Source: a phage. Taken from it: a stretch of 64,000 nucleotides of DNA. Shown here in pieces: positions 1 to 9,613 of the stretch. The translations under genes were made by a program, and so were the position numbers. The notes beneath the pieces are model-generated. The model did not search any database. It was not told the DNA's origin and saw only the letters and a list, made by a program, of their open reading frames with translations. The DNA lies in NCBI GenBank assembly GCA_026188615.1, contig GCA_026188615.1_4525.1. One strand, 5' to 3'. Position 1 is the stretch's first letter; each line of letters starts with the position of its first letter.

Positions 1-584
1 ACATTAGCATCAAATACGCAATTATTTGCTTCGACAAGGTCTTCTGACGCTGTAGCATTATAAGCGGCTAAGACAGAATCAAGGTCGTTTGGAATCATGA
101 TAAGAGCATCAAATGTGCCACGACCAAGCATTGGTGCCATTTTAAAACCGAATTCATTACAGAAATCTTGCATTTCATAATCGGTCAAATACGTATTATC
201 ACCACTTTCTGTATTGATAAGGATATCGAACACATAAAAATCTTTTTCACCGTAGTCAACACCTTTCTGGATTCCACCACCGGCGAATTCACCGAATACT
301 TGATATGATACAGCTCGAGCTGTGTACATGAATTCCTGAACGGCTTTAATAGCTTTATCATACTTCTTGAGTACGATTTCATAACCATAAAAATCTTCTG
401 CTGGAAGAATAGGGCCTGTGCGCTTGGCGCATGTGACGTTGTCACGTTCAATTATTAACGAGAAGTTAGTCCCATGGATTTTCTCACGTGCTACCCAAAC
501 ACCAGTAGTCAAACCATTAGTGTAGAGTTTTTCAATAAACTTAGAGTTGTAGTGGTTTTCAAGACTGCTGTATTTCTTAAACAT
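1..584 (-). CDS. rnlB: RNA ligase 2 (Rnl2), N-terminal part; C-terminus lies beyond the window start
   Basis: Minus-strand translation from ATG at 584 reads [21 protein letters not shown]...[14 protein letters not shown], the Rnl2 nucleotidyltransferase N-terminus with the KxHG adenylation-lysine motif; the frame stays open to position 1. Not in the ORF track because it is truncated. Confidence 0.8.
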   Translation of the reverse strand, partial: MFKKYSSLENHYNSKFIEKLYTNGLTTGVWVAREKIHGTNFSLIIERDNVTCAKRTGPILPAEDFYGYEIVLKKYDKAIKAVQEFMYTARAVSYQVFGEFAGGGIQKGVDYGEKDFYVFDILINTESGDNTYLTDYEMQDFCNEFGFKMAPMLGRGTFDALIMIPNDLDSVLAAYNATASEDLVEANNCVFDAN

Positions 585-619
585 AAATCACCATTATAAA
601 TAATATCAAAATAATTAGC

Positions 620-636
620 AGAGACTCTGTCTCTGA
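620..636 (-). other. Perfect hairpin (cagagac-tct-gtctctg) between rnlB and the upstream ORF
   Basis: 7-bp inverted repeat with 3-nt loop seen directly; function (terminator or processing site) is inferred. Confidence 0.3.
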
Positions 637-700
637 CCCGATGTTTAATTTGAATGGATAGAACCTAGATTCATTATACCATCAAAAAATGTAAAGCATA

Positions 701-952
701 TTAGAACTTGATTTCTATCCAATGACCATCACGCTGGTCGTGATTAATTTTATACTGAAAGCCATTATCACGTAACCACTGCCCGACTTGCTCAGTGATA
801 GTTAAATCATTCTTTGACGGGTAGTACGTGAATTGTGTCTGGCCTTTATCAGCGGCTTTCTCTGCCATCACAGAGAAGTTAGTAATAAAATCACTCAACA
901 AATTAGCTTTAGTGGCCAGAGCCCTTTCTCTTAATTCCTGTGCAAAACTCAT
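701..952 (-). CDS. Hypothetical protein, 83 aa (positional equivalent of T4 24.x ORFs)
   Basis: ORF in track; start overlaps the stop of the upstream ORF (typical coupling); no recognisable motif. Confidence 0.45.
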   Translation of the reverse strand: MSFAQELRERALATKANLLSDFITNFSVMAEKAADKGQTQFTYYPSKNDLTITEQVGQWLRDNGFQYKINHDQRDGHWIEIKF

Positions 953-1149
953 TTCTTCACCTTTTTGTTAATCAAACGTTTACGGTATACAACTTTTTCT
1001 TTTGCTTTAAACTTTGACCGAGCTGTCTCGGCTTTAGTCCATAGTAATCCAACTTCTTTAGGTTGTAAACCAATTTTTTGAGCAATTTCTACGAATGAAA
1101 ATCCCGCCTCATGTAATGTATAAACTTCAACTTCAGCTCTCATAATCAA
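949..1149 (-). CDS. Hypothetical small basic protein, 66 aa, possible helix-turn-helix
   Basis: ORF in track; lysine-rich C-terminus; HTH assignment is a guess from the pattern FVEIAQKIGLQPKEV. Confidence 0.4.
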   Translation of the reverse strand: MIMRAEVEVYTLHEAGFSFVEIAQKIGLQPKEVGLLWTKAETARSKFKAKEKVVYRKRLINKKVKK

Positions 1150-1221
1150 TCCCGTATTATTTGGTTTGTGCCATTATATACATCAATCTCAAGATGTGTT
1201 TTGTATGCTTTAAAAACGAAG

Positions 1222-1241
1222 AAAGGGGCCGAAGCCCCTTG
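1222..1241 (-). terminator. GC hairpin with tetraloop downstream of hoc, followed by a T-rich run on the minus strand
   Basis: aaaggggccgaagcccctt: 6-bp GC stem, CGAA loop; lies just past the hoc stop. Confidence 0.5.
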
Positions 1242-1242
1242 A

Positions 1243-2661
1243 TTATGGATATGTATAGATGATACCAGTTTCCAAAGCAGTTTTATGGATGATGTATCCA
1301 TTACGTGATTCTTGAACATCAACTTCTGGATAGTCTTTCATCATCTTCTGAAGCGTATAACGATGCAAGTAATACTTACTATCTGGATCTTCAGTTTTCC
1401 AATCTTTACCTTCTTCAGTCATTTTTTGGATTTCATCCATAACCCACCAACCGCACCAGATGTAAGCTGAAGTACGATGTGGAAGAGGATGAACATAAGG
1501 TAATTCACCTTCTGGTTCTGGAGCAACTTTATCGGTTACCTGAACTTGACCTTCTGCTGTAATAGTTTTGCTATCATAATCAGTAGCAGTAACGACGGCA
1601 GTCACTTCAATAGTTTGACTTCCAATAGATGAGGTATCAACGGTATATACATTAGTTGACCCTTCTACAGGAGAAGAATCTTTCTTCCATGAATACTCAA
1701 TTTGCGCTTCTTCTGGAGCATCAGTGACATTAGCGGTAAATGTAGCCGAAGCATCTTGCTGAACGTTAATAGAAGGAGGAGTCAATGTAACCCGTGGATT
1801 CATTGTCTTCTTATTAACCGTTAATGATACTTCATTCGAAGTAACTTCCTTTGCATCATAATCTGATGCGGTTACTTGGGCTACACATTTAATTCTTTTT
1901 ACTCCACTTGTAGTTGGAGTATAGCTAAATGTAGAGTTAGTTTCTCCACCAACCTGTGAATCATCTACATACCATTGATACGTAGCAGACGCTCCAACCG
2001 GTTGAGAAGCTAAGGCAGCAGTAAATTGAACTGGGGTTCCAATTACTCCAGCTGAAGGACTATTGGGAGTTACTGCCAACGTAGTTGTCTGTGTCTTTTT
2101 ATTAACAGTCAGTGACACTTCATTAGAAGTAACGCTTAGTGCGTCATAATCTGTTGCGGTTACTTGAGCCACACACTTAATTCTTTTTACCCCGCTTTCG
2201 GCAGGAGTGTAATTGAATGTAGCGTTAGTTGCTTCGCCAACAGGAGAATCATCTACATACCATTGATAAGTAGCGTTTGCGCCTGATGGCTGCGAAGCTA
2301 AAGCGGCGGTAAATTCAATAGCTGTTCCTATTACTCCAGCGTCAGGGCTATTAGGAGTTACAGCTAAGGTAGTCGTCTGGGTTTTGTTTTTGACTGTAAT
2401 AGTTGTACTAATTTCAGCTGTTTCAGCTTCACTGTCAGGAACTGGATTTGTTGCAACTACTTTAATAGTTTTTTGTCCAGCAGGACCCTTTAATACATAA
2501 CTAAAAGTTGCTTCAGCTCCATCTTGTGGAACATCATCCACAGACCAAGCATATGTAATAGGTCCATCTCCAGTTTGACCACTGGGTGTAGCAGTAAACT
2601 GCTTAGTCTCATCTATAACTCCAGTAGGTGTTTTAGGAGTTATATCAACTGTAAAAGCCAT
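1243..2661 (-). CDS. hoc: Hoc, highly immunogenic outer capsid protein, 472 aa, with an extra Ig-like domain
   Basis: Repeated Ig-like modules (TLAVTPNSP...YQWYVDD...VKRIKCVAQVTA.DYDA) followed by a conserved capsid-binding C-terminus (IWCGWWVMDEIQKM...YTYP); position between rnlB and inh as in T4. Confidence 0.8.
   Translation of the reverse strand: MAFTVDITPKTPTGVIDETKQFTATPSGQTGDGPITYAWSVDDVPQDGAEATFSYVLKGPAGQKTIKVVATNPVPDSEAETAEISTTITVKNKTQTTTLAVTPNSPDAGVIGTAIEFTAALASQPSGANATYQWYVDDSPVGEATNATFNYTPAESGVKRIKCVAQVTATDYDALSVTSNEVSLTVNKKTQTTTLAVTPNSPSAGVIGTPVQFTAALASQPVGASATYQWYVDDSQVGGETNSTFSYTPTTSGVKRIKCVAQVTASDYDAKEVTSNEVSLTVNKKTMNPRVTLTPPSINVQQDASATFTANVTDAPEEAQIEYSWKKDSSPVEGSTNVYTVDTSSIGSQTIEVTAVVTATDYDSKTITAEGQVQVTDKVAPEPEGELPYVHPLPHRTSAYIWCGWWVMDEIQKMTEEGKDWKTEDPDSKYYLHRYTLQKMMKDYPEVDVQESRNGYIIHKTALETGIIYTYP
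1816..2391 (-). repeat. Tandem duplication of an approx. 288-bp (96-codon) Ig-like domain unit inside hoc
   Basis: Protein residues approx. 91-186 and 187-282 are near-identical; the DNA of the two units is clearly similar but diverged. Confidence 0.7.
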
Positions 2662-2670
2662 AAGTTATCC

Positions 2671-3339
2671 TTATTTTAATGTTACGAAAGAAGAATTACG
2701 AGTTTCACGAATTAGAACTGATCCATCGCGATTAATATAATAAATTAAGCTAAATAATGTTTGGTGAGCAGAAGCATGCACAAAACTAGTTGGGCGAGAT
2801 TTCCAATCTGGGGTTTCGGCTATCCATTGATAAATCCACCAAGGAACAGTAACATATCCTGGGCCTTTGCCTAATTTAATGAGTGTAGGACTAAAATTTT
2901 CAGGCAGAACAAATTTTACTTCTTTATTTACCTCTGGTTCAGGCTCTTTTTCGGATTCAACAATCTGAGTAATTGCTTCTTCGAATTTATCATGGTCGAA
3001 TTCTTTTTCTTGTTCGACAACTTCTAATACTTCAACTTGTTCTGTTGGAGAATCAAACAACAGAATAGCTTCTTCTTTAACTTCTTCGTTGGTGAAATTA
3101 ACACCGTCCACATCATCTGCGGCAGTAATTAAATCGGTGATAGATAATCCATCAGTTTCAGGTAATGGTTCATCAGCCAGTGCGTTAAGAGCTTCTTCGA
3201 TATCAATAACAATATTATCGAATGATTTTGTTTTCTTAACACTAATGCCAAATTGTTCCGCATATTCAAACAGTTTAGCTTTGGCTTCCTTTTTATCAGA
3301 AAGAGCACGTAACTCTTCAATATAGTCTTTATCGATCAT
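2671..3339 (-). CDS. inh: Acidic protein, 222 aa; positional equivalent of T4 inh (prohead protease inhibitor)
   Basis: Position between hoc and uvsW, size and acidic composition match T4 Inh; sequence identity not verified. Confidence 0.45.
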   Translation of the reverse strand: MIDKDYIEELRALSDKKEAKAKLFEYAEQFGISVKKTKSFDNIVIDIEEALNALADEPLPETDGLSITDLITAADDVDGVNFTNEEVKEEAILLFDSPTEQVEVLEVVEQEKEFDHDKFEEAITQIVESEKEPEPEVNKEVKFVLPENFSPTLIKLGKGPGYVTVPWWIYQWIAETPDWKSRPTSFVHASAHQTLFSLIYYINRDGSVLIRETRNSSFVTLK

Positions 3340-3352
3340 AGTATTTCCTCAT

Positions 3353-3360
3353 TATAAATA
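3353..3360 (+). promoter_or_regulatory. Late promoter TATAAATA upstream of uvsW
   Basis: Exact TATAAATA approx. 30 nt upstream of the uvsW ATG. Confidence 0.55.
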
Positions 3361-3389
3361 TAACTATATTTATTACATGGTAATTTGAC

Positions 3390-4904
3390 ATGACTGACAT
3401 TAAAGTACATTTTCATGATTTTAGTCACGTTCGCATTGAATGCGACGAAAGTACGTTTTACGAACTTCGTGACTTTTTTAGCTTTGAAGCTGACGGGTAT
3501 AAATTTAACCCAAAATATCGCTATGGGCAATGGGATGGTAGAATTCGACTTTTAGATTACAATCGTTTGTTACCATATGGACTTGTAGGACAAATAAAAA
3601 AGTTCTGTAACAATATGAGTTATTCTGTATGGATTGACCCTAAAATCTTTGAGACTGAAGACCTTACCAGGGAAGATTTTGACGCATGGCTTTCTAAACA
3701 AGAAATTTATTCTGGCAACGCCAAAATTGAACCACATTGGTATCAAAAAGATGCAGTATATGAAGGACTAGTTAATCGTCGTCGAATTTTAAACCTTCCA
3801 ACATCAGCAGGTAAATCACTAATCCAAGCACTTTTAGCTCGGTATTATCTAGAGAACTATGAAGGTAAAATTCTCATTATCGTCCCTACAACAGCATTGA
3901 CAACCCAGATGGCTAATGATTTTGTTGATTATCGCTTGTTTAGTCATTCGATGATTAAGAAAATTGGCGGTGGTGCTGATAAAGCGGACAAATCTAAAAA
4001 CGACGCTCCAATTATTGTTGGCACATGGCAAACGGTAGTTAAGCAGCCTAAAGAATGGTTCTCTCAGTTCGGTATGATGATGAACGATGAATGTCACTTA
4101 GCAACAGGCAAAAGTATTTCTTCAATCATCTCAGGATTAAATAATTGCATGTTTAAATTCGGTTTATCTGGCTCATTAAGAGACGGAAAAGCCAATGTAA
4201 TGCAGTACGTAGGCATGTTCGGCGAAATCTTCCGTCCTGTTAGCACGTCTAAATTAATGGAAGACGGACAGGTAACTGAGCTTAAGATTAATAGTATTTT
4301 CCTTCGTTATCCGGACGAATTCACCGTTAAATTAAAAGGTAAAACATACCAAGAAGAAGTTAAAATTATTACCGGACTAAAACGTCGTACAAAGTGGATT
4401 GCTCAACTTTCGGTCAAATTGGCTAAGAAAGACGAGAACGCCTTTGTAATGTTTAAACACGTTACACACGGTAAAGAAATATTTGAAGCTATTAAAGAGC
4501 TTGGATACGAAAAAGTTTATTACGTATCAGGTGAAGTTGATACTGAAACACGTAACGCGCTTAAAGTCATGGCAGAAAATGGTAAAGGCATTATTATTGT
4601 CGCATCATATGGAGTATTCTCTACTGGTATTTCAGTCAAGAATCTTCATCATGTTATTTTTGCCCATGGTGTTAAATCAAAAATTATCGTACTTCAAACA
4701 GTAGGTCGTGTGCTTCGTAAGCACGGTTCTAAAGCTGTTGCTACAGTTTGGGATCTCATCGATGACGCAGGTGTAAAACCTAAATCATTAAATACTAAAA
4801 AGAAGTATACTCATCTTAATTACTTGTTAAAACACGGTATTGATCGTATCCAGCGTTACGCTGATGAGAAATTTAACTATGTAATGAAAACAATTAATTT
4901 ATAA
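3390..4904 (+). CDS. uvsW: UvsW, SF2 RNA-DNA/DNA helicase
   Basis: 504 aa; Walker A (LPTSAGKS), DExH (MNDECH) and further helicase motifs; near-colinear with T4 UvsW. Confidence 0.9.
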   Translation: MTDIKVHFHDFSHVRIECDESTFYELRDFFSFEADGYKFNPKYRYGQWDGRIRLLDYNRLLPYGLVGQIKKFCNNMSYSVWIDPKIFETEDLTREDFDAWLSKQEIYSGNAKIEPHWYQKDAVYEGLVNRRRILNLPTSAGKSLIQALLARYYLENYEGKILIIVPTTALTTQMANDFVDYRLFSHSMIKKIGGGADKADKSKNDAPIIVGTWQTVVKQPKEWFSQFGMMMNDECHLATGKSISSIISGLNNCMFKFGLSGSLRDGKANVMQYVGMFGEIFRPVSTSKLMEDGQVTELKINSIFLRYPDEFTVKLKGKTYQEEVKIITGLKRRTKWIAQLSVKLAKKDENAFVMFKHVTHGKEIFEAIKELGYEKVYYVSGEVDTETRNALKVMAENGKGIIIVASYGVFSTGISVKNLHHVIFAHGVKSKIIVLQTVGRVLRKHGSKAVATVWDLIDDAGVKPKSLNTKKKYTHLNYLLKHGIDRIQRYADEKFNYVMKTINL

Positions 4905-4918
4905 GGGCTTCGGCCCTT
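4903..4918 (+). other. Intercistronic hairpin aagggc-UUCG-gccctt between uvsW and uvsW.1
   Basis: 6-bp stem with UUCG tetraloop; no downstream U-tract, so more likely a stability or processing element than a terminator. Confidence 0.35.
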
Positions 4919-4929
4919 AGGAGATAAAA

Positions 4930-5163
4930 ATGGTACTTGAATTTAAACAATTTTTATACGAAGCATCTATTGACGAATTCATGGGTAAAATTGCTAGTTG
5001 TCATACCTTAGAAGGGCTTGAAGAATTGGAAGCTTATTATAAGAAACGTATAAAAGAAACGGAATTAAAAGATACAGATGATATTTCTGTCAGGGATGCC
5101 TTAGCAGGTAAGCGTGCCGAACTTGAAGGCGATGAGGATGAGGATGCGGAAGAAGACTTCTAA
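4930..5163 (+). CDS. uvsW.1: UvsW.1-like small acidic protein, 77 aa
   Basis: Position directly after uvsW; Shine-Dalgarno GGAG upstream. Confidence 0.65.
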   Translation: MVLEFKQFLYEASIDEFMGKIASCHTLEGLEELEAYYKKRIKETELKDTDDISVRDALAGKRAELEGDEDEDAEEDF

Positions 5164-5164
5164 T

Positions 5165-5194
5165 TAAAAAAGGCCCGACCTTTTTGGAAGGGCC
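5165..5194 (-). terminator. Candidate terminator for the minus-strand uvsY operon
   Basis: On the minus strand ggccc...gggcc stem followed by TTTTTT; weak 5-bp stem. Confidence 0.35.
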
Positions 5195-5220
5195 AAAAAC
5201 CATAGGCAAAAAAGGTAACA

Positions 5221-5388
5221 CTATAGTAAAAGTTGGGTTTCATTCAATTGCTCTTCTGAACTTTCTGAAACCGGCAATTGTTGGACATAATTATAACAAG
5301 GACCAGGATGTGCTGGACCTTTGTCTGTTTCAACAACCAATGCAGAATCGATTGGAGTTTTACAGACAACACAAATCTTATCTGACAT
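5221..5388 (-). CDS. Small Cys-containing protein, 55 aa (MSDKICVVCKTPIDS...PGPCYNY), possible zinc ribbon
   Basis: Not in the ORF track (under 60 aa); strong Shine-Dalgarno AGGAGG 7 nt upstream of the ATG; position matches T4 uvsY.-2. Confidence 0.4.
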   Translation of the reverse strand: MSDKICVVCKTPIDSALVVETDKGPAHPGPCYNYVQQLPVSESSEEQLNETQLLL

Positions 5389-5420
5389 GATTGCCTCCTA
5401 AGTTGAAATTACATATCTAT

Positions 5421-5645
5421 TTATACCACTCGCATGCACATATCGATACCCATATCTTTTGTATAAAAATACTCGTCGATGTACCCGGCAAACTTCCCTT
5501 TAATATAAAGGACGTCTTCGCCACAAGGATGGTCTGCCAGGATACGAATATCCTGACGACGTAGACGATACTTTTCCATTAAGAATTTAATTTCAGTTTC
5601 AAATTCTTCGTCATTATTAAAGGCATCTTCAATTGAATAACGCAT
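5421..5645 (-). CDS. Hypothetical protein, 74 aa (uvsY.-1 position)
   Basis: ORF in track; start overlaps the uvsY stop. Confidence 0.5.
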   Translation of the reverse strand: MRYSIEDAFNNDEEFETEIKFLMEKYRLRRQDIRILADHPCGEDVLYIKGKFAGYIDEYFYTKDMGIDMCMRVV

Positions 5646-6058
5646 TATTGCCCCGCTTCAAATTCTCGCATATCCTGGATATGTTTAAGTGCAAAACTAC
5701 GAGACTTAACTGCGTCAAGTGCACCACTACAGAACTCAAGTAAAATTCCCCAGTATTGTAAAGTAGTCTCTATTTTAAGCACATCTTTATCTGCAGCCAG
5801 GACAGTTTTCATTTCAGATTTCTCGTATCGGTCCATACTGAATTCATCCCCATCACCTCGTCCCGAGTAGTAGTCTAATCTTGCTTTTAGAGCAGTTTTC
5901 TTCTGAGTCTCTATACGCAACATTTCTTTACGAATAAATGAGTGCTTACGTAGCCATTTGCTGTATAACTTAACATTATTCGCTGTCTCATATTGCAACT
6001 TTGTCGTATCAATAGCTAAGTCTGCGTCTAACTCTTCCTGTAAATCTTCCAGCTTCAT
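5645..6058 (-). CDS. uvsY: UvsY recombination mediator, 137 aa
   Basis: The track ORF starts at 6139, but the conserved protein begins MKLEDLQEEL at ATG 6058; KARLDYYSGRGDGDEFSMDRYEKSEMK is the UvsY signature; the upstream part of the track ORF overlaps gene 25. Confidence 0.85.
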   Translation of the reverse strand: MKLEDLQEELDADLAIDTTKLQYETANNVKLYSKWLRKHSFIRKEMLRIETQKKTALKARLDYYSGRGDGDEFSMDRYEKSEMKTVLAADKDVLKIETTLQYWGILLEFCSGALDAVKSRSFALKHIQDMREFEAGQ

Positions 6059-6113
6059 AATGTTCTCTCTTTTAACTAATAATCTCCCGGCTGTATCGGA
6101 AGGACCTAAAACC

Positions 6114-6138
6114 ATTATACATAGGTTGCCTTGAAGCA
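6114..6138 (-). promoter_or_regulatory. Middle (MotA-dependent) promoter for uvsY
   Basis: On the minus strand aaTGCTTCA (MotA box), 12 bp, TATAAT; matches the T4 middle-promoter architecture. Confidence 0.5.
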
Positions 6139-6537
6139 TTACACTCTATTGCTTGATGCTAACTGAAGTTTGATTTGTTCGATATCATCAGGGTTATCTA
6201 CGACCGAAAATCTAATCTCTACTATAACTGTATAGTCATCATATACTGGCGTTACACTTACAGAAAGTTTGTCGATGCGCGGCTCATAGTTACGGACGGC
6301 TGCCTGGATATTACGCTCAATCGTATCGGCTGTAAGTGGTGTCATGTTCTCGAAAAGTTCGTCGACCAAATCGCACCCAAATTCAGGGTCGAAGGGGCGT
6401 GAGCCTTTTCTAGTTGTCACTATGCCAAGAAGACTATTTTTAATAGAACGAAGTCCTACAGAACGAGCAACGTCCTTGTTCCAATCCATACGCATTTCTG
6501 GGTCGATATCTGAATAAAGTTTATTGATATTAGACAT
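6139..6537 (-). CDS. 25: gp25 baseplate wedge protein (lysozyme-like fold)
   Basis: 132 aa; near-colinear with T4 gp25 (MSNINKLYSDIDPEM...IEQIKLQLASSNRV). Confidence 0.85.
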   Translation of the reverse strand: MSNINKLYSDIDPEMRMDWNKDVARSVGLRSIKNSLLGIVTTRKGSRPFDPEFGCDLVDELFENMTPLTADTIERNIQAAVRNYEPRIDKLSVSVTPVYDDYTVIVEIRFSVVDNPDDIEQIKLQLASSNRV

Positions 6538-7163
6538 TATAGTAACTCAAAGAATTCTTTGAGGCCTCGTATTGTGTGAACGTGTGACGCCCCACATTTG
6601 GGACATTTAATAGGGGTTGCCAGATAAATTGATGGCGACACCAAAAGATTTTTAATATTGATCATATCATCTTCTGTTATAAGGCCGTAAAGGTCGTTTA
6701 TTTCTGCTTCAGTTAAATCTTCAACAGCGATGGACTCTCCATTTACAAAAACGGCCTCAATACATGAAGCAATCATTAATGCGATATTTTTATCGTCAAA
6801 TAATTTAGGTTGACGGAACTTAATTTTAATACCACTAAACGAATACCAGGGATCGGCCTGTTCATCTAATTGAGTGTGCAATAAATTCATATAGACTTGA
6901 AATGAATGCCCACAGGAACAATTCCAGGTGTGTTCTTGATTCACTTCACCTAACGAATGTGCCCACAGATTTACCAACAATAACTCGGCTTCTTGTTTAG
7001 TCAAGTTTTTAGCGTTAGAGCAATTAGTGATAATATTGTTCACTGCTGATTCAATAGTACCGGTAGCCCGCGCACCTATGAGTCCTAAATATTCTTTTAA
7101 AGTAAAGGCTCTACAATTCACTTCTTTATCGCCTAAACGTACGGTAAACGTATATTTGTACAT
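6537..7163 (-). CDS. 26: gp26 baseplate hub protein
   Basis: 208 aa; Cys/His-rich (CSCGHS...CPKCG); position and size as T4 gp26. Confidence 0.7.
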   Translation of the reverse strand: MYKYTFTVRLGDKEVNCRAFTLKEYLGLIGARATGTIESAVNNIITNCSNAKNLTKQEAELLLVNLWAHSLGEVNQEHTWNCSCGHSFQVYMNLLHTQLDEQADPWYSFSGIKIKFRQPKLFDDKNIALMIASCIEAVFVNGESIAVEDLTEAEINDLYGLITEDDMINIKNLLVSPSIYLATPIKCPKCGASHVHTIRGLKEFFELL

Positions 7164-7181
7164 GTTAACTCCTTTATTGTG

Positions 7182-7189
7182 TATTTATA
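7182..7189 (-). promoter_or_regulatory. Late promoter (TATAAATA on the minus strand) for genes 26-25
   Basis: Plus strand reads TATTTATA; overlaps the divergent gene 51 late promoter. Confidence 0.45.
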
Positions 7190-7193
7190 AATA
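7186..7193 (+). promoter_or_regulatory. Late promoter TATAAATA for gene 51
   Basis: Exact motif 18 nt upstream of the gene 51 ATG. Confidence 0.55.
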
Positions 7194-7210
7194 ATAGAAA
7201 AGGAGTAATT

Positions 7211-7963
7211 ATGGCTAATATAATTCGTTGTAAATTACCGGATGGTGTTCATCGTTTCAAGCCGTTCACCGTGGCGGATTATAGAGACTTTTTACTAGTT
7301 AGAAATGATATCGAACATCGTTCGCCACAAGAACAAAAAGAAATAATTGCTGATCTGATTGATGATTATTTTGGCGAGTACCCTAAAACATGGCAACCAT
7401 TTATATTCCTGCAAGTTTTTGCAGGCTCTATAGGCAAAACAAAAGTTCCCGTTATTTTCACTTGCCCTAAATGCTCTAAAGAAAAAACTGCGCCATTTGA
7501 GATATATCAAAAAGAACTAGTCGAACCTGAACTTGATGTTGCTGGTATAAAAATACGGTTTTCTTTCCCTGAAAAGTTTTATGACAACAAGGCATTAATG
7601 ATAAGTGAAAACATAAAAGAAATATACTATAATGATGAATGGTACCCATGGAATGATTTGACTGAAGAGAACCAAATCCAAGTAATAGAAGCAATAGACA
7701 TTGACTCGCTCGAGAAGGTTATTGCTTCTATGAACCCTATTAATTTGACCCTTAGATTAGGTTGTTGTGAACGTCATGTTAAAACATATACTGATATCTT
7801 AGAGGTTTTTAAATTGTTAGTTAACCCTGATGAGATTTTTACATTCTATCAGATAAACCATTCACTGGTAAAGAGTCAATACACATTGGATTCTATTATG
7901 CAAATGATTCCTGTTGAACGTGGTATTGCTTTAACATTAGTAGAAAAGGACCATAAAAAATGA
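7211..7963 (+). CDS. 51: gp51 baseplate hub assembly catalyst
   Basis: 250 aa; CxxC pairs; position divergent from gene 26 as in T4. Confidence 0.7.
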   Translation: MANIIRCKLPDGVHRFKPFTVADYRDFLLVRNDIEHRSPQEQKEIIADLIDDYFGEYPKTWQPFIFLQVFAGSIGKTKVPVIFTCPKCSKEKTAPFEIYQKELVEPELDVAGIKIRFSFPEKFYDNKALMISENIKEIYYNDEWYPWNDLTEENQIQVIEAIDIDSLEKVIASMNPINLTLRLGCCERHVKTYTDILEVFKLLVNPDEIFTFYQINHSLVKSQYTLDSIMQMIPVERGIALTLVEKDHKK

Positions 7964-9132
7964 AAGTATTCCAACGTCCAGGATATCCTAACTTAAGCGT
8001 TAAATTATACCAAGATTATTCGGCTTGGCAAGAAAATAGATACGTTGAACTCGCGGCAACAATAACAACTTTAACCATGCGAGATTCGTTATATGGAAGA
8101 AATGAAGGGATTCTTCAATTTTATGACACTAAAAACATCCACACTAAAATGGACGGTAGACAGATAGTTCAAATCTCTGTTTCAAATTCAAACACGCCTC
8201 TCCAAGTTAGAACTCGAATTTATGGATGCAAACATTATTCTGTGTCTGTGGACTCAAAAGGTGACAATATTATTGCAATTGAGCTTGGAACAATACATTC
8301 TATAGAGAACCTTAAATTTGGGCGACCATTCTTCCCGGACGCAGGCGAATCTATACGTGAAATGTTAGGTGTCATATACAAAGACCGTGCGTTAATTACT
8401 CCGCCAATAAACACTATTAATGCTTATGTTCCTGATATCCCTTGGACAAGCACATTTGATGATTATTTGGCATATGTCAGAGAATTAGGACTTGCTACAG
8501 CGAGTGATAAGTTCGTATTCGTATGGCAAGATATTTTAGGCGTAAACATGATTGACTATGATACTCTTATTGGTCAGGAAGGCATTAAGATGATTGTAGG
8601 CGAGCCAAATACCGTAGGTCAGTATATTCAAGAGCTTGAGTATCCATTAGTATGGGATTTCACCTGGATGACTAAAGCTAACCAATTTACAAGAGACCCT
8701 ATTAAAAACGCCACGATATTCGCTCATTCATTTTTAGATACATCTATTCCGGTTATTGTTACAGGCGATGGTGATAATGCTATTGTTGTGTCAAGATCCG
8801 GTGGATATTCCGAAATGACCTATCGTAATGGATTTGAAGAAGCAAGTCGTCTTCAGACAATGGCTCAATATGACGGATATGCTAAATGCACTACTACAGG
8901 TAATTTTAACATAACTCCTGCTACTAAAATTATATTTGTTGACCAAAAGAACCAATTCAAATCCGAATTTTACGTGGATGAAGTTATTCATGAGTTATCA
9001 AATAACAACTCACAAACTCATCTGTACATGTTTACCAACTCAATGGTGTTAGAACCTGTTAACCCAGTTAAGGTTAAAAATGAACTTAAATCTGATTCTA
9101 CCTCTAAAGAAAATAATTCTACCACAGTCTAA
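7960..9132 (+). CDS. 27: gp27 baseplate hub subunit
   Basis: 390 aa; size and position as T4 gp27; ATGA start/stop overlap with gene 51. Confidence 0.8.
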   Translation: MKVFQRPGYPNLSVKLYQDYSAWQENRYVELAATITTLTMRDSLYGRNEGILQFYDTKNIHTKMDGRQIVQISVSNSNTPLQVRTRIYGCKHYSVSVDSKGDNIIAIELGTIHSIENLKFGRPFFPDAGESIREMLGVIYKDRALITPPINTINAYVPDIPWTSTFDDYLAYVRELGLATASDKFVFVWQDILGVNMIDYDTLIGQEGIKMIVGEPNTVGQYIQELEYPLVWDFTWMTKANQFTRDPIKNATIFAHSFLDTSIPVIVTGDGDNAIVVSRSGGYSEMTYRNGFEEASRLQTMAQYDGYAKCTTTGNFNITPATKIIFVDQKNQFKSEFYVDEVIHELSNNNSQTHLYMFTNSMVLEPVNPVKVKNELKSDSTSKENNSTTV

Positions 9133-9613
9133 TAAAAAGGTAATGATTCCTAAATTAGGGCTCAAACATTATAATCTTTTAAAGGACGTTAAAGGTCCTG
9201 ATGAAAACATGAAAATCTTAGCTGATTCTATTTGTAAAAATATGAGTCCTGCAGATTTTGATTTTGCATGTCTACACATATTGGAATTTAATAACAAACT
9301 TAAGTCTGAAGTTGAAAAAGACGGATTCACGTATAAACTAGATGACGTCTATGTATGCCAACGAACAGAATTCCAATTCCAAGGCAATACTTTTTATTTT
9401 AGACCTCCAGGCAAATTTGAACAATTCGCTACAATCAGTGAAATGCTATCAAATTGCTTAATAAAAGTTAATGACGAAGAGAAAGAAATTTCTTTCCTTG
9501 AGATGCCTGCTTTTGTAATCAAATGGGCAGAAGACCTTTCGACAACTATTGCTATTCCAGGCCCTAATGGCCCTATTAAGGGTATAGCAGAAATTATTGG
9601 ATTGCTTGAATGA
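9080..9613 (+). CDS. 28: gp28 baseplate hub distal subunit
   Basis: 177 aa as T4 gp28; the 5' end overlaps gene 27 by 53 nt, and an alternative start (MIPKLGL at 9143) is possible. Confidence 0.6.
   Translation: MNLNLILPLKKIILPQSNKKVMIPKLGLKHYNLLKDVKGPDENMKILADSICKNMSPADFDFACLHILEFNNKLKSEVEKDGFTYKLDDVYVCQRTEFQFQGNTFYFRPPGKFEQFATISEMLSNCLIKVNDEEKEISFLEMPAFVIKWAEDLSTTIAIPGPNGPIKGIAEIIGLLE

Noticed and set aside
185-451. 88-aa minus-strand ORF from the six-frame track
   Set aside because: Lies entirely inside the rnlB coding region in a different frame; the Rnl2 frame is the one with recognisable ligase motifs.
595-602. Exact TATAAATA late-promoter motif on the plus strand upstream of nothing
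   Set aside because: All neighbouring genes are on the minus strand; most likely a chance match in AT-rich DNA, although an antisense late transcript cannot be excluded.
3089-3325. 78-aa plus-strand ORF and the 63-aa minus-strand ORF at 3129..3320
   Set aside because: Both are embedded in or antisense to the 222-aa inh-like gene; Ser-rich low-complexity translation, no start context.
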